The notes below the pieces were generated by a model. The model made no database searches and was not told the DNA's origin. It saw only the letters and a program-made list of their open reading frames with translations. From NCBI GenBank assembly GCA_963817895.1, contig CAWFQB010000003.1, positions 192,001 to 256,000 on the forward strand: a DNA stretch of 64,000 nucleotides, read 5' to 3'. Below, one piece after another: positions 40,330-51,159 of the stretch (positions are counted from its first letter, which is position 1; each line of letters opens with the position of its first letter). Source of the stretch: an uncultured Chthonomonadaceae bacterium. Lineage in GTDB: Bacteria > Armatimonadota > Chthonomonadetes > Chthonomonadales > Chthonomonadaceae. The translations under genes were made by a program, and so were the position numbers.

Positions 40330-42471
40330 ATGCCTCAGACAAGCAAAAAACTTTCCCTGCTGTGCTTGCTTTGCGCTGTGGCAATGCTGCTGCTGCTGGC
40401 AAAGCCGCTCCTGTCGGGGCATGTTTATGTGAACGACGATTTCGGGATGTATAACCTGCCGGTACGCCATTTCTATCGGGAAGCGCTGGCGGCGGGCGAC
40501 TCGTTTCTCTGGTTTCCGCGCGTGTTTTGCGGCGCATACCTGCATGGTGAGGGGCAAGTGGGGATGTGCCACCCCGTTCACCTGTTGCTGTATCGCGCGC
40601 TGCCGCTGCAGATAGCCTTCAATCTGGAACTGCTGCTGACGTATGCCTGGATGTTCGGCGGTATGTGTTTGCTGCTCAAACGGCTCGGGTTGCCGCAGCA
40701 TGGCCGGCTGTTCGGCGCTCTGGCTTTTACGTTCAGCGGCTCCAATTTGCTTCATGCGAGCCACATGAATGCCGTTGCCATCATAGCGCATATTCCCTGG
40801 CTGCTGGCAAGTATAGATGTTCTGCTGCAAACCCACGACCGGCGTAAACTGACAGTCGCGCAGTTAAGCATTGCGCTCTTGACAGGTTCCGAATTTTTGC
40901 TCGGGCATCCGCAGTACGCCTGGCTCTCGCTTGTGCTTGAAACAATATTTTTTGTATGGAGGTATAATAAATCCATTGATTTACGCCGCATTTTTCTGAT
41001 TGTCGTGGCGAAGATTACAGGTGGCATGATCGGCGCGATTCAGATTTTGCCAACCCTGGATGTGCTGACCACTTCGGTACGCAGTCAGCCGACGCTGGAA
41101 TATCGCCTGATTGGTTCGCTGCACCCGATTAACTTGATTCAACTGGTTTCGCCGTTCGTGCTGAAGGACCGCGTATTCGGTATGAATACGACGGAATGTG
41201 GCCTGTACACTGGCGTCTTTTGCGTTTTGGCTCCGATCTGGCTGTATCTGCGGCGTGACAGCGTAAAGTCGTGGCGCCCTCTCATCCTTGCGGCAACGGG
41301 GTTGGGCGCGGCGATGTTCCTGCTGGCATTGGGCAAATACGGCGGCGTCTACTACCTGGTTGTGAATTTGCCTGTTGCGCGCGAATTCCGTATACCTGGA
41401 CGCTATCTCCATTTTGTGCATCTCGCCCTGGCGCTTCTGGCAGCCATAGCCTTTTGTGATCTTGTCGAATTCGCGCGGGAGCGGGAGCGGCTGTCGTGGC
41501 GGCAGATATGGCCGCTGACAGTTCCCATGACACTCAGTATCCTTGTTGCCGTAGGCTGCCTGCTGCTTTTTAAGACGCATCGAAATTATCCCTGGATGGA
41601 CAACCTTGCGCCGCCAGGCCATGCTGTATTTGGAGCGTTGCTCATCACGGCCGGCACGGTTTTGCTGCTTGGCGTGGCGCGCGGCTGGCGCATGGGTATT
41701 CCTGCCCTGACAATTTTCCTGTGCCTTGACCTGACCATATGGGGTATCAGCGAACTCTGGAAAATTCCCGATCAGTCCATCCCTGCTTTTGTAAATTCGT
41801 TGCGAGTTCCGCCGGGAGTTACGCCTTCGGGACGGATTTATCTGCCGAGAGGCGTGTATAGCGCGCCAACCGCCGTGACCATGAAGGGGATTTCTAATGC
41901 CACCGGCTACCTGGGCCTGGAACCGGCAAACCGCCTGGACCCGGAGGACGCGGCAACGGAGCAAGTTGCAGGCGTCCAATGGAAGTACGACACACAGCAT
42001 GAGCCGAATTGGATACGCGCCTCATCAGCCTTGCCGCGCGTCCGTCTGGTCACAAACACTCAGGTCAGCGCAAATCCGGCGCAGCACCTTCCCCGGAGCG
42101 ACGTAAGCAACACCGCGCTTGTGGAGGAGGCTACAGAACCCTTGCGCGGACCACCTGGAACCGTCGTCCTTGTAGAAGATCGTCCAGGCCAAATAGTGGC
42201 AGAAACTACCGCTGATAACCCACAATTGCTCGTCCTTTCGGAGCGCTTTCATTCCGGCTGGCAGGCCGCGCAGGAGGGGCAGCCGCTGAATATTCTGCGC
42301 GTGAACGGCGATTTTCAAGGTTGTGTCGTTGGCGCAGGCCAACATCGCGTTACCTTTCATTTCCAGCCCGCCAGTTTTACTTATGGACGAGTATTGTCCC
42401 TGCTCGGCGCGGGTATAGCTCTCTTGATCTTTGCGCTTCTGTCACACTTGCCGCAAAAGCGAACGCCCTGA
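40330..42471 (+). CDS. YfhO-like GT-C membrane glycosyltransferase
   Basis: Many TMs; DDFGMYNLP; FRIPGRY; LLVLSERFHSGW..VNGDFQG..F.P then final TM. Confidence 0.8.
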   Translation: MPQTSKKLSLLCLLCAVAMLLLLAKPLLSGHVYVNDDFGMYNLPVRHFYREALAAGDSFLWFPRVFCGAYLHGEGQVGMCHPVHLLLYRALPLQIAFNLELLLTYAWMFGGMCLLLKRLGLPQHGRLFGALAFTFSGSNLLHASHMNAVAIIAHIPWLLASIDVLLQTHDRRKLTVAQLSIALLTGSEFLLGHPQYAWLSLVLETIFFVWRYNKSIDLRRIFLIVVAKITGGMIGAIQILPTLDVLTTSVRSQPTLEYRLIGSLHPINLIQLVSPFVLKDRVFGMNTTECGLYTGVFCVLAPIWLYLRRDSVKSWRPLILAATGLGAAMFLLALGKYGGVYYLVVNLPVAREFRIPGRYLHFVHLALALLAAIAFCDLVEFARERERLSWRQIWPLTVPMTLSILVAVGCLLLFKTHRNYPWMDNLAPPGHAVFGALLITAGTVLLLGVARGWRMGIPALTIFLCLDLTIWGISELWKIPDQSIPAFVNSLRVPPGVTPSGRIYLPRGVYSAPTAVTMKGISNATGYLGLEPANRLDPEDAATEQVAGVQWKYDTQHEPNWIRASSALPRVRLVTNTQVSANPAQHLPRSDVSNTALVEEATEPLRGPPGTVVLVEDRPGQIVAETTADNPQLLVLSERFHSGWQAAQEGQPLNILRVNGDFQGCVVGAGQHRVTFHFQPASFTYGRVLSLLGAGIALLIFALLSHLPQKRTP

Positions 42472-42501
42472 AGCTGAACGTCAGATTAGAAAAGATGCCT
42501 G

Positions 42502-43320
42502 ATGAACCAGACGCCCGACATAGAACTAGCTTCCGCGAAAATGTATACGCTGTCTTTTTACGATACGATGTCTATGTTTTCGCAAAACTCGGCAGAAGTA
42601 ATTGTTCCGTTGGTTATTCAGAAAACAGGCTGTCGAAGCGTAATTGATGTCGGGTGCGGCGATGGTTCCTGGCTTGCGGTTTTTCAATCACATGGAGTTG
42701 CGAATATCATTGGAGTAGACGGCGACTATGTAGCCCGGGAAACTCTCAAGATCGCGCCGGAATTTTTCCTTGCCGCTGATCTCAGCCAACCTCTGAAAAT
42801 AGAGAAAAGTTGCGATCTCGCTATTTCCATGGAGGTTGGGGAACACTTGCCCGCCGCATCCGCGAAACAGTATGTGCAGTCCCTGTGCCGCCTCGCGCCT
42901 GTCATTTTGTTTTCCGCTGCGGTGCCGGCTCAGGGCGGCGTACATCACATCAATGAGCAATGGCCCGACTACTGGGCGGGGTTGTTTGCGGCGGAAGACT
43001 TTGTGACGATTGACAACATACGCCCGCAGATATGGGATAATGAACATGTTGCGCCCTGGTATGCGCAAAACACATTTATGTACGTGAACAGGGAACACCT
43101 GTCCTGCTATCCAACTCTTGAAGCGGATTCTAAAGCAGGATGGATTGGCAGAGTACGCATCGTTCATCCCGGTCTGCTTGCAGACAAAGAAATGATGCTG
43201 GGCAAGGCGCATACTCTGGAAGAAGCGAAATTACGCGATCTTCTGACTATACAGGCGAACATTCTGCGACGGTTGCCTGCCGCTTTCAAAAACGCTCTGA
43301 CGTTTCGACTGGGCAGATGA
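42502..43320 (+). CDS. Class I SAM methyltransferase
   Basis: VIDVGCGDGSW, EVGEHL, FSAAVPAQGGVHHINEQW. Confidence 0.88.
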   Translation: MNQTPDIELASAKMYTLSFYDTMSMFSQNSAEVIVPLVIQKTGCRSVIDVGCGDGSWLAVFQSHGVANIIGVDGDYVARETLKIAPEFFLAADLSQPLKIEKSCDLAISMEVGEHLPAASAKQYVQSLCRLAPVILFSAAVPAQGGVHHINEQWPDYWAGLFAAEDFVTIDNIRPQIWDNEHVAPWYAQNTFMYVNREHLSCYPTLEADSKAGWIGRVRIVHPGLLADKEMMLGKAHTLEEAKLRDLLTIQANILRRLPAAFKNALTFRLGR

Positions 43321-43397
43321 GTTGCTGCGAGATGCCAAGTCAGTCGCTTGTAGTGGAATATCGCTACCCAGAAACTTGAACCTAAAGAATTAAATCT

Positions 43398-44606
43398 ATG
43401 TCTTCCAGTCCACCTTCCCTATCGCCGCCGCGTATGCGGCTGGAGTTTTTAGACGGCTTGCGCGGGTTGGCGGCGCTGTGGGTACTCGTATCCCATGCCT
43501 GCCAAATGGTACATATTCGATACAGAATTTTGACCGATCAGCTCTATAGGATGGATAACGACCTGCCGTCTAACTTGTTGCGCGCTCTCCCCTATCTAGA
43601 AGTTGGTCACTATGCTGTCGACATATTTATTGTTCTGTCCGGTTTCTGCTTGATGCTGCCAGTAGTTCGGTCAGCCAGTAGTCAACTTAAAGGCGGTTTT
43701 AGCTGCTATATCAAGCGACGCGCCCGCCGTATTCTGCCGCCTTATTATGCAGCACTTTTACTGTCATTGGCGTTGATACTTCTTGTTCCGGCATTACGGC
43801 AACGTACCGGGGAACTTGTTGGCATGGATGTACCAGCCTTCACGCCCGGTGTTCTAATTTCACACCTGCTTTTGGTTCATAATTTCAGTGCGGGATGGAC
43901 CAACCGCATTGATGGCCCTATGTGGAGCGTGGCGACAGAATGGCAGATTTATTTTGTATTTGCTTTGCTTCTGCTTCCGGTATGGCGAAGATATGGAATG
44001 ATGGCGGCTATTCTGGCCGCTTACGTGGTGGGGAAATTGCCTTCGGTTATTTTACATCGGAACATAGATTGGGCTTGTTTTTGGTTTGTGGGTCTTTTTG
44101 CTCTGGGAATGGCAGGCGCAGTCATGGTTTGCCCGCCCGCGCGAAGTAAGTTCATTCCGCCAGAACGTGTGCCCTGGGGAGCGCTGACAGCTGCAAGCGG
44201 TATTTTACTTATCCTTTGCCTTCAGCACAACTTTTGGGGGCTGCGCGATTGGTTGAGAGATTGGGTAGTCGCCCTCGCCACTATGTGTCTGATTGTGTAT
44301 TGTGGACGGTCAGCGCTGTCGGAAACTAGCCACACGCCCTTGCTGCGCTTCTTATCAAGCAGGTGGGCGGTCAAATTAGGAACGTTTTCTTATAGTATTT
44401 ACCTGGTTCATTATCCACTGCTTGGGATTGCCAATGCGCTGTTTCTACAATGCCATCCGACGCCGATTGCGCGTTTAGCTTTGATGCTGGCAGTAGCAGC
44501 CCCCATCTCAGTCCTGGCAGCCTACGGCTTTCATCTGGTTTTTGAACGCCCGTTTATGTCAGGAGCACCCAGATCAAACAGCACGGAAAGCGCGAAGGTC
44601 ATTTAA
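43398..44606 (+). CDS. Acyltransferase-3
   Basis: FLDGLRGLAAL, AVDIFIVLSGFCL, WSVATEWQIY. Confidence 0.92.
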   Translation: MSSSPPSLSPPRMRLEFLDGLRGLAALWVLVSHACQMVHIRYRILTDQLYRMDNDLPSNLLRALPYLEVGHYAVDIFIVLSGFCLMLPVVRSASSQLKGGFSCYIKRRARRILPPYYAALLLSLALILLVPALRQRTGELVGMDVPAFTPGVLISHLLLVHNFSAGWTNRIDGPMWSVATEWQIYFVFALLLLPVWRRYGMMAAILAAYVVGKLPSVILHRNIDWACFWFVGLFALGMAGAVMVCPPARSKFIPPERVPWGALTAASGILLILCLQHNFWGLRDWLRDWVVALATMCLIVYCGRSALSETSHTPLLRFLSSRWAVKLGTFSYSIYLVHYPLLGIANALFLQCHPTPIARLALMLAVAAPISVLAAYGFHLVFERPFMSGAPRSNSTESAKVI

Positions 44607-44655
44607 GGACATCACGATGTCTGCTCGTGGTCTGAGCTAAAGGAATTTGTTTCAC

Positions 44656-45231
44656 ATGGCTGCGTTTACAGATGCTGAGATTGAGGCGTTGCCTCGCGAT
44701 AAAAACATTCTTGAACTTGGATGCGGACAAGTCAAGCGCTGTTCTCACTCTACAACCGTAGATTTCAACCCGGACAGCATTGCCGATGTCATTCATGACC
44801 TGAACACTATTCCTTACCCTTTTCAGGATAACGATTTCGATATAATCATAGCCGAGCATGTTTTGGAACACCTGGATGATCTCAAAAGAGTGATCGAAGA
44901 ACTGCATCGCATTCTGAAACCGGGCGGCGTTCTTTACGTGGAGGTTCCGCATTTCAGCAGCAGTCACCATTTTACCGACCCTACGCACCGTCATGCGTTT
45001 ACTTCTCGCAGTTTCGACTATTTCATTCCGGGAACCGCGCTATCCCAATTCAAATATTCGCGAGCGGCGTTCAAACTGCGTAGAGTACATATCACGGCTT
45101 TCGGCGGCGGACGCCTGCGGCAAATGATCCTGAAACGGGTGATGCGCAACTACTACGGGTACGAGGCGAAATACGCCTTCATGTTTCCCGCCGAAGTCAT
45201 TAATTACGAACTGGAAGTCCTTAAACCCTGA
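44656..45231 (+). CDS. Small class I SAM methyltransferase
   Basis: LELGCG, HDLN..PYPF, HVLEHL, DPTH. Confidence 0.88.
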   Translation: MAAFTDAEIEALPRDKNILELGCGQVKRCSHSTTVDFNPDSIADVIHDLNTIPYPFQDNDFDIIIAEHVLEHLDDLKRVIEELHRILKPGGVLYVEVPHFSSSHHFTDPTHRHAFTSRSFDYFIPGTALSQFKYSRAAFKLRRVHITAFGGGRLRQMILKRVMRNYYGYEAKYAFMFPAEVINYELEVLKP

Positions 45232-45273
45232 ACGCAGAACGGCAACGTTGTCAACCGCCAACCTTGCCGTCCA

Positions 45274-46308
45274 ATGTTCGTGCCGCCAATTATGGAAGAA
45301 ACACCTGCTGCCCACGTAACCTGGCTGCTGCCGATTAAGAACGGAATGCCGTACCTGCCGGAAACGCTGGCTTCCATTGAGGCGCAGACGTACCGCAACT
45401 GGCAAGTGCTGGCGTGGGACAACGGCTCTACCGACGCCACACTGGAAGAACTGCATCACTGGATACCGTCTCGCCTGCCGGGGCGCATCGTCAGCAATCG
45501 TCCGATGGGCTTAGGCGCGTCCCTGGCGGCAATGGTGCAGGAGGCGGATACCGACTTGTGCGCCCGCATTGACGCCGATGATGTCAGCCTGCCGGAACGA
45601 TTGGAAAAACAAGTTGCGTTCCTAGAGACGCATCCCGAAGTCGCCATTGTCGGTACGCAAATTCAGGTGATTGACGAAGCGGGGATACTACAGGAAGCAG
45701 CCTTCACGCTGCCCTGTTCCCATACTCATCTCGTACATTTCCTGTTTTCCGGCTGGGGATTTTACCATCCGACCGTATTATTCCGACGCAGTGCAGTACT
45801 GGAAGTGGGTAACTATCGAGATGTTGGCGCGGTGAATGTTGAAGACGTTGACTTGTGGTTTCGTTTGCTGACGAAATATCAGGGCGCAAATCTAAACGAA
45901 GCCCTTCTGCGCTACCGTGTTCATGCCGGCAGCGTAACCATCCGAGACGCGAAGCTCAATCGGCTTCATAGCGCCGGCAATGCGCGTTTCTGTGAACACG
46001 CGCCGCTACTCTTTGGCCTTCGCTCTGCCCAGGCGCTAAAATGGCGCGAACATCGGCATTTGTGCGCCATTTTCCTGCTGCTGCATGTCGTCAGGCATTT
46101 GCAGCACACACAAGGCGGACATTGGACTCAGCATTTGCGGTGTGAATGGTTCCTCGATTCGGCCAGAAAACATGTGGCGACGAAGGATATAATAACACGG
46201 CTCACACTAGCCCTTCTGGATCGAAGACACAACGCTTTTCGCAACGAAGTGAGCGCATTGCGAACAGCCCTGAATAGGAAAATTTCCCCAACCAAGAGCA
46301 TCGTATGA
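45274..46308 (+). CDS. GT2 glycosyltransferase
   Basis: DNGSTD, ARIDADD, EDVDLW. Confidence 0.92.
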   Translation: MFVPPIMEETPAAHVTWLLPIKNGMPYLPETLASIEAQTYRNWQVLAWDNGSTDATLEELHHWIPSRLPGRIVSNRPMGLGASLAAMVQEADTDLCARIDADDVSLPERLEKQVAFLETHPEVAIVGTQIQVIDEAGILQEAAFTLPCSHTHLVHFLFSGWGFYHPTVLFRRSAVLEVGNYRDVGAVNVEDVDLWFRLLTKYQGANLNEALLRYRVHAGSVTIRDAKLNRLHSAGNARFCEHAPLLFGLRSAQALKWREHRHLCAIFLLLHVVRHLQHTQGGHWTQHLRCEWFLDSARKHVATKDIITRLTLALLDRRHNAFRNEVSALRTALNRKISPTKSIV

Positions 46309-46371
46309 GTCTCTTGTGTGAATTTCTCGATAAAATTGTTTAATACGGTATTGGGAAGTGCCGCGAAACCT

Positions 46372-47626
46372 GGTAGCCCCACAGTTAAGTGTGATTATGC
46401 TTGTGCGCTCGTTTGCGCCGTTTTCTTGCCGCTTCCCGGTGGGCGGCCCCGCCGCTTTCTGGCAACAAACGGCGCAGGCGGTACTCGGTAGGCGAACAAA
46501 TCGGTCACGCTCCAGCACTCTTGCGTGATCCCCGCGGCCATCGCCGGAGTACGCTGTTGCCACTTGCCCGAACCTTTGCCCTGCTCCTGGCGCAGGCTCT
46601 TGTGAAACGTACAGAAGTTGTACACGCAACCGAGCAAGTACATGCCCGCCTGCAATGTGGCTTCGTGGCGAACTAAACACCGACCGCGCCGTGTCAAGCA
46701 ACACAGCCGTTGCCGGAAGGTCGCATTGAGCCGTTCGATATAGGCCGTGTTGAGTTTGTGTTCGTCGGGCTGCAAGCCTTGCAGTTGATCCACCGTGCCG
46801 TGTATCAGACGTTGCGCGACGCCAATCACGCGCCCACGTTCGTGCTGCTTGACCACTTGCCCGATTACCAGATGCGGCCACGTCTGTAAACGCGGGCGAC
46901 CTACCTTGCCGGTACGAACCGCCTCGCGGAAGGCGTGGCACCAGGCCGGAACATAACTGCTCAAGCCATCGCTCATCAGCAGCAAGGGCGCGTGTTGCGC
47001 ACAGGCTTTGACCACAGCGACCAGACGGACAATCAGGCGTTTGTCTCGGTGCGGCGAGAGAACCCCGCCCAGCCACAAGCGCGAGGGAACGCAGATTGCC
47101 ATCGCCATCCAGATCACCAGACGCGCTTGCAGCTTGACGCGAACCTCATCGGCTTGCACCTGCTGCAAGTCGCGCGCGTGTCCTGTCACCAGATGCGTGT
47201 GGACGGCTTCACAATGTTGCCCCGCTTTGTGCTGCCAGTTCGTGACGGTTCGCTCGTCAAAGCCGAAAGCGCGGACAATGGCAGGAAGCGGACACCCACA
47301 GGCGAGAAGTGTCAGCACACAGATGACGATCTTGGGGTCGGTGCGCAGCCGGTAGAACAGGGTTCCGTTGCTGGCGCTAAAGGTGTGTCCGCAGGTCTTG
47401 CAGCGAAAGCGGTCGCGCAGACTGTCGTGAACGATGATGTTGCCTGCATTTTGCAAGCCTCTTGACGAACAGGCCAGATTAAGGCAGAATAGGGGGTGTG
47501 GGTTCATGGCGACCTCCGTGAGTTTTGGTGTGGTAACCAACTCTACGAAGCAGCCGAACCCACTTGCGCATTCACCCACCCTGTTGCGCCGCAACCCTAC
47601 TTTTCACCGTTTAATGCGGTGCTACC
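46372..47626 (-). mobile_element. IS1-family insertion sequence, 1255 bp
   Basis: Imperfect TIRs beginning GGTAGC; 8-bp target duplication CGAAACCT at 46364-46371 and 47627-47634. Confidence 0.9.
46395..47507 (-). CDS. IS1-like DDE transposase, single ORF
   Basis: Zn ribbon (CLNLAC..RCKTC), HTH, QADE, SDG, NTAYIERLNATFR, YNF, RTPAMAAG; GGAGG RBS. Confidence 0.9.
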   Translation of the reverse strand: MNPHPLFCLNLACSSRGLQNAGNIIVHDSLRDRFRCKTCGHTFSASNGTLFYRLRTDPKIVICVLTLLACGCPLPAIVRAFGFDERTVTNWQHKAGQHCEAVHTHLVTGHARDLQQVQADEVRVKLQARLVIWMAMAICVPSRLWLGGVLSPHRDKRLIVRLVAVVKACAQHAPLLLMSDGLSSYVPAWCHAFREAVRTGKVGRPRLQTWPHLVIGQVVKQHERGRVIGVAQRLIHGTVDQLQGLQPDEHKLNTAYIERLNATFRQRLCCLTRRGRCLVRHEATLQAGMYLLGCVYNFCTFHKSLRQEQGKGSGKWQQRTPAMAAGITQECWSVTDLFAYRVPPAPFVARKRRGRPPGSGKKTAQTSAQA

Positions 47627-47641
47627 CGAAACCTGCAAAGC

Positions 47642-48749
47642 ATGAACTTATCCATAGATGCCAGTTTACTTACCGCCAGCAATTGGTCCGGCGTCCATTT
47701 CTATTCCTACCACATTTTAAATGAAATGACGGACATCGGTAGGGAGAACGTTTTTCACTTACACTTTAATCATTCGGGAATGAATGAATTGCTCACCGGT
47801 CTTTTGAACAAGCCGAACGTGACTCGTCATTGCCGTATCGGACGACGGCTGTACTACGGCATGATGCCTTTTGACGTGCTGCGTCTGCGCAGTAAGGTGT
47901 TTTACGTGCTGGATATGGAATTAAAAACGTCCCTTCCCTGTCCTGCCTCCGTCACCATCTACGATTGTGGTGAGCATATACTGCCGACTTACTATAACAA
48001 CGTCGATCCCCTGGCCGCGCGAGCGCGTACCGGGCGGCTGTTACGCAACGTTCCACTGGTTGTTACCATTTCGGAAACGATCAAAGAAGAAGTGCAAGAG
48101 TTGTTCCATGTATTGCCAGAGCGTATTCTTGTCGCGCCGCCGGCTGCGCAGCCATTGCAGATAGAACATATCGGCAAACGCCCAAAGAACCTGCCGATTG
48201 ATAAGCCATTCTTTCTCATGGTCAACCCCGGGCGGAGCTATAAGAATTGGCAGGACGCTCTGAGCGCGTTTGCGATTTATTGCTGTCAGCATACTGATAA
48301 AGAAAGCTTGGCTTTTGGTTCTTGCGGGTGAGCTGCGGGGAGAAACAGAAGCTATTCATAAGACGATTTCTGAGAATCCCATGCTTGCGCAACGCGTAAT
48401 CTGTCTCGGTTATGTCACCAAAACCGAATTGACGCACCTTTATCGTAATGCGCGTTTGCTCGTATTGCCCTCCTTATATGAAGGTTTTGGCATGCCCGCG
48501 TTAGAAGCAATGGAATGTGGTTTGCCCGTAATAACCTCCGATATACCTGTTCTGAGAGAAGTCACACAAGATGCTGCGCTTCATGTTCCTGTAGGGCAGC
48601 CGGAAGCCTTTGCAGTAGCAATGCACACATTGCAGCAGGGTGGCGCGTTTCGTGAACATTTAGTGCAAAAGGGTCGGGAACGGTCTCAATCTTACTCCTG
48701 GCAGACAAGCGCGCAGGCAATCTACGATGGGTTGATTGCTTTAACCTAA
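47642..48749 (+). CDS. GT4 glycosyltransferase, one frameshift near 48310
   Basis: SGVHFYS; TISETIKEE; PSLYEGFGMPALEAM. Confidence 0.88.
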
Positions 48750-48883
48750 GCCTTTATTCAAATTCAACGCCTGTGGTTTATTAACCAGGCAAAGCGATGT
48801 AGCGCCAGGCGTAATTGCGAACAACTTACAGGTCGTGAAGCATTCAATTAAGGAACGTTTATGATAGGAAAGCATAAAAACGC

Positions 48884-49969
48884 ATGAAAGTTCTTCTCTG
48901 GATGCCTACTGCAAGCGTTATTCCCGGCGGGCATCGCGTTCAGCTGGAGCAGACCAGTAAACACCTCAATGCAATTGGCGTTTGCGCCCACATCACGGTG
49001 GAGCCGGATCCCGACCTCTCCCCTTATGATGTGGTGCATGGTTTTACGTTATCCACGCATGATTTACGACGTTGCCGTACATATGGGATTCCTGTTGTGC
49101 TGTCCCCGATTTACTGGAACCGCGCCTACGTTATGGGGCTGAACAGGCGCGTCACCAACTGGCGTACCTGGAAAACACGCAGTCGGCATGGTGTTGTCCT
49201 TCTGCGCAGCGCCTTGATGGGACAGCATATCGAAAAATGTGAAGCGTATGTCCACTGGCTGCAAACGCAACGTATTCTTTTTGAACTGGCGGATTTACTC
49301 TTGCCGAACTCGGAAATGGAAGCGCAAACTCTTTATGCTGAACTGCAAGTGACAACCCCCTATTGCGTTGTTCCCAACGCAGTAGACCACCGAAGATTTG
49401 AGCTGCCCAACGCGCAGACGCCACAGCAACGTGACCATGTATTGTACGCGGGCCGCATAGAGCCGCATAAAAATCAACTGGGGTTGATTCAGGCCATGCG
49501 CGGGTCGAATATCCCGGTGGTGATTGTTGGCCCGCCACATCCCCATCACCCGGATTATTATACGCAATGCAAACGTATGGCAACCGGCAACATATCGCTG
49601 CTGCCAGGCGTTGAACACGACCAGTTGCCGCTCTTATACCAGGCCGCCAGAGCGCATGTTCTGCCAAGCAAGTTTGAAACCACCGGATTGGTTTCGCTGG
49701 AGGCGGCTTTGTGCGGCTGTAATATCGTAACCACGCAGCAGGGCTATGCGCGGGAATACTTTCAGGATATGGCCTGGTACTGCGACCCCGCCGATCCGCG
49801 CTCCATTCGTCGCGCCATCGAATCCGCTTTTCACGCTCCGCCGCGCCCCGAACTGCGGCAGCACATTCTGGCCCGCTATACCTGGGAGCATACGGCTCAG
49901 GCCACGCTCGCCGCTTATGAGCAAGCTCTGCGATCTCGTCGGCGCGACCGTGCCGCCATCGTAGCCTGA
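48884..49969 (+). CDS. GT4 glycosyltransferase
   Basis: GRIEPHKNQ; PSKFETTGLVSLEAA. Confidence 0.92.
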   Translation: MKVLLWMPTASVIPGGHRVQLEQTSKHLNAIGVCAHITVEPDPDLSPYDVVHGFTLSTHDLRRCRTYGIPVVLSPIYWNRAYVMGLNRRVTNWRTWKTRSRHGVVLLRSALMGQHIEKCEAYVHWLQTQRILFELADLLLPNSEMEAQTLYAELQVTTPYCVVPNAVDHRRFELPNAQTPQQRDHVLYAGRIEPHKNQLGLIQAMRGSNIPVVIVGPPHPHHPDYYTQCKRMATGNISLLPGVEHDQLPLLYQAARAHVLPSKFETTGLVSLEAALCGCNIVTTQQGYAREYFQDMAWYCDPADPRSIRRAIESAFHAPPRPELRQHILARYTWEHTAQATLAAYEQALRSRRRDRAAIVA

Positions 49970-50019
49970 GTAGAGAAAGTATCCCATACTTGCGCGTGGA
50001 ATGGAACAAACCTGCACCC

Positions 50020-51078
50020 ATGAACATTGCTATAACTTCGTTATATTTGCCGAGTGGGAGCAAAATCGGCGTTGGCTATCAGGTGCATTATCTTGCCAAC
50101 GAGATGATAAAACGCGGGCATCAGGTGACGGTATTCAGTCAAACCGGCACGTCTGAGGACTCGCTGTACAATGTGCAGGTGATTTCTTCCGGCAGGCATT
50201 TGCGCACATTCGGCTTCGCGTGGAATCTGCGCCACGTTGATTTCTCCGGTTTCGATGTGCTGAACGCGCATGGCGATGATTGGTTCCTCTGGGGCCGCAA
50301 GCGTCCGCGCCACATCCATACCTTCATGGGGTCGTGCAAAGCGGAGATGCTCCACGCCCGAACACTGGCCGGCAAAGCCCGCATGGGCGCGCTTGCCTTA
50401 TGCGAGTGGAACGCCTGTTTTCTTGCCGATGAATTGGTCGCCATCTCTGAAAACACGCGCCGCTATATTCCCCGCGTCAAGCATGTGATACCCTGCGGCG
50501 TCAATATCGAAGCCTTTGCGCCTAATATGCCTGATGGAGCAAAATCTGGTATGCCATCCCTGCTTTTTGTTGGTACAATGAAAGGACGCAAACGCGGCGC
50601 GATGTTGCTGGATTTGTTTCAGCGCGAAATTCGTCCCCGCGTTCCCGGCGCGGAGTTCTGGGCCGTGTGCGAAGAGCCGGTAGAGGGCGAAGGCGTCCGC
50701 TGGTTCGGGCGCGTCCCGTTTGAGCAGCTGACCGATCTTTACCGCCACGCCTGGGTCTTCTGTCTTCCCAGCTCGTATGAGGGGTTTGGCGTTCCTTATA
50801 TTGAAGCAATGGCGGCGGGAACGCCTGTTGTCGCTTCGCCGAATGTGGGCGCTGTCGAAGTGACGCAGGGCGGGCAAAGCGGCCTGATTGCCCCCGATGC
50901 CGAACTCGCAGCTGCTCTTATGCGTGTTCTGACGGACGAAGCCCTGCGCCAAAAATTGCGAACGGCAGGACTGGAACGGGCCAAAGATTTCTCCTGGGAG
51001 CGGGTCTGCGCCCAATACGAACAAATTTATCAGGGCAATTCCGCGCCGCAGCATCCGATAACACCTGTCGGCGTGTAA
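50020..51078 (+). CDS. GT4 glycosyltransferase
   Basis: PSSYEGFGVPYIEAMAAG. Confidence 0.92.
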   Translation: MNIAITSLYLPSGSKIGVGYQVHYLANEMIKRGHQVTVFSQTGTSEDSLYNVQVISSGRHLRTFGFAWNLRHVDFSGFDVLNAHGDDWFLWGRKRPRHIHTFMGSCKAEMLHARTLAGKARMGALALCEWNACFLADELVAISENTRRYIPRVKHVIPCGVNIEAFAPNMPDGAKSGMPSLLFVGTMKGRKRGAMLLDLFQREIRPRVPGAEFWAVCEEPVEGEGVRWFGRVPFEQLTDLYRHAWVFCLPSSYEGFGVPYIEAMAAGTPVVASPNVGAVEVTQGGQSGLIAPDAELAAALMRVLTDEALRQKLRTAGLERAKDFSWERVCAQYEQIYQGNSAPQHPITPVGV

Positions 51079-51159
51079 TTGCGCGTAAGGGTTCCGTACT
51101 CGTAATCAGGGTTTATGGCGGGATCAAAGCCATTATCGTAACGCATTTCGGGGTAAGGG

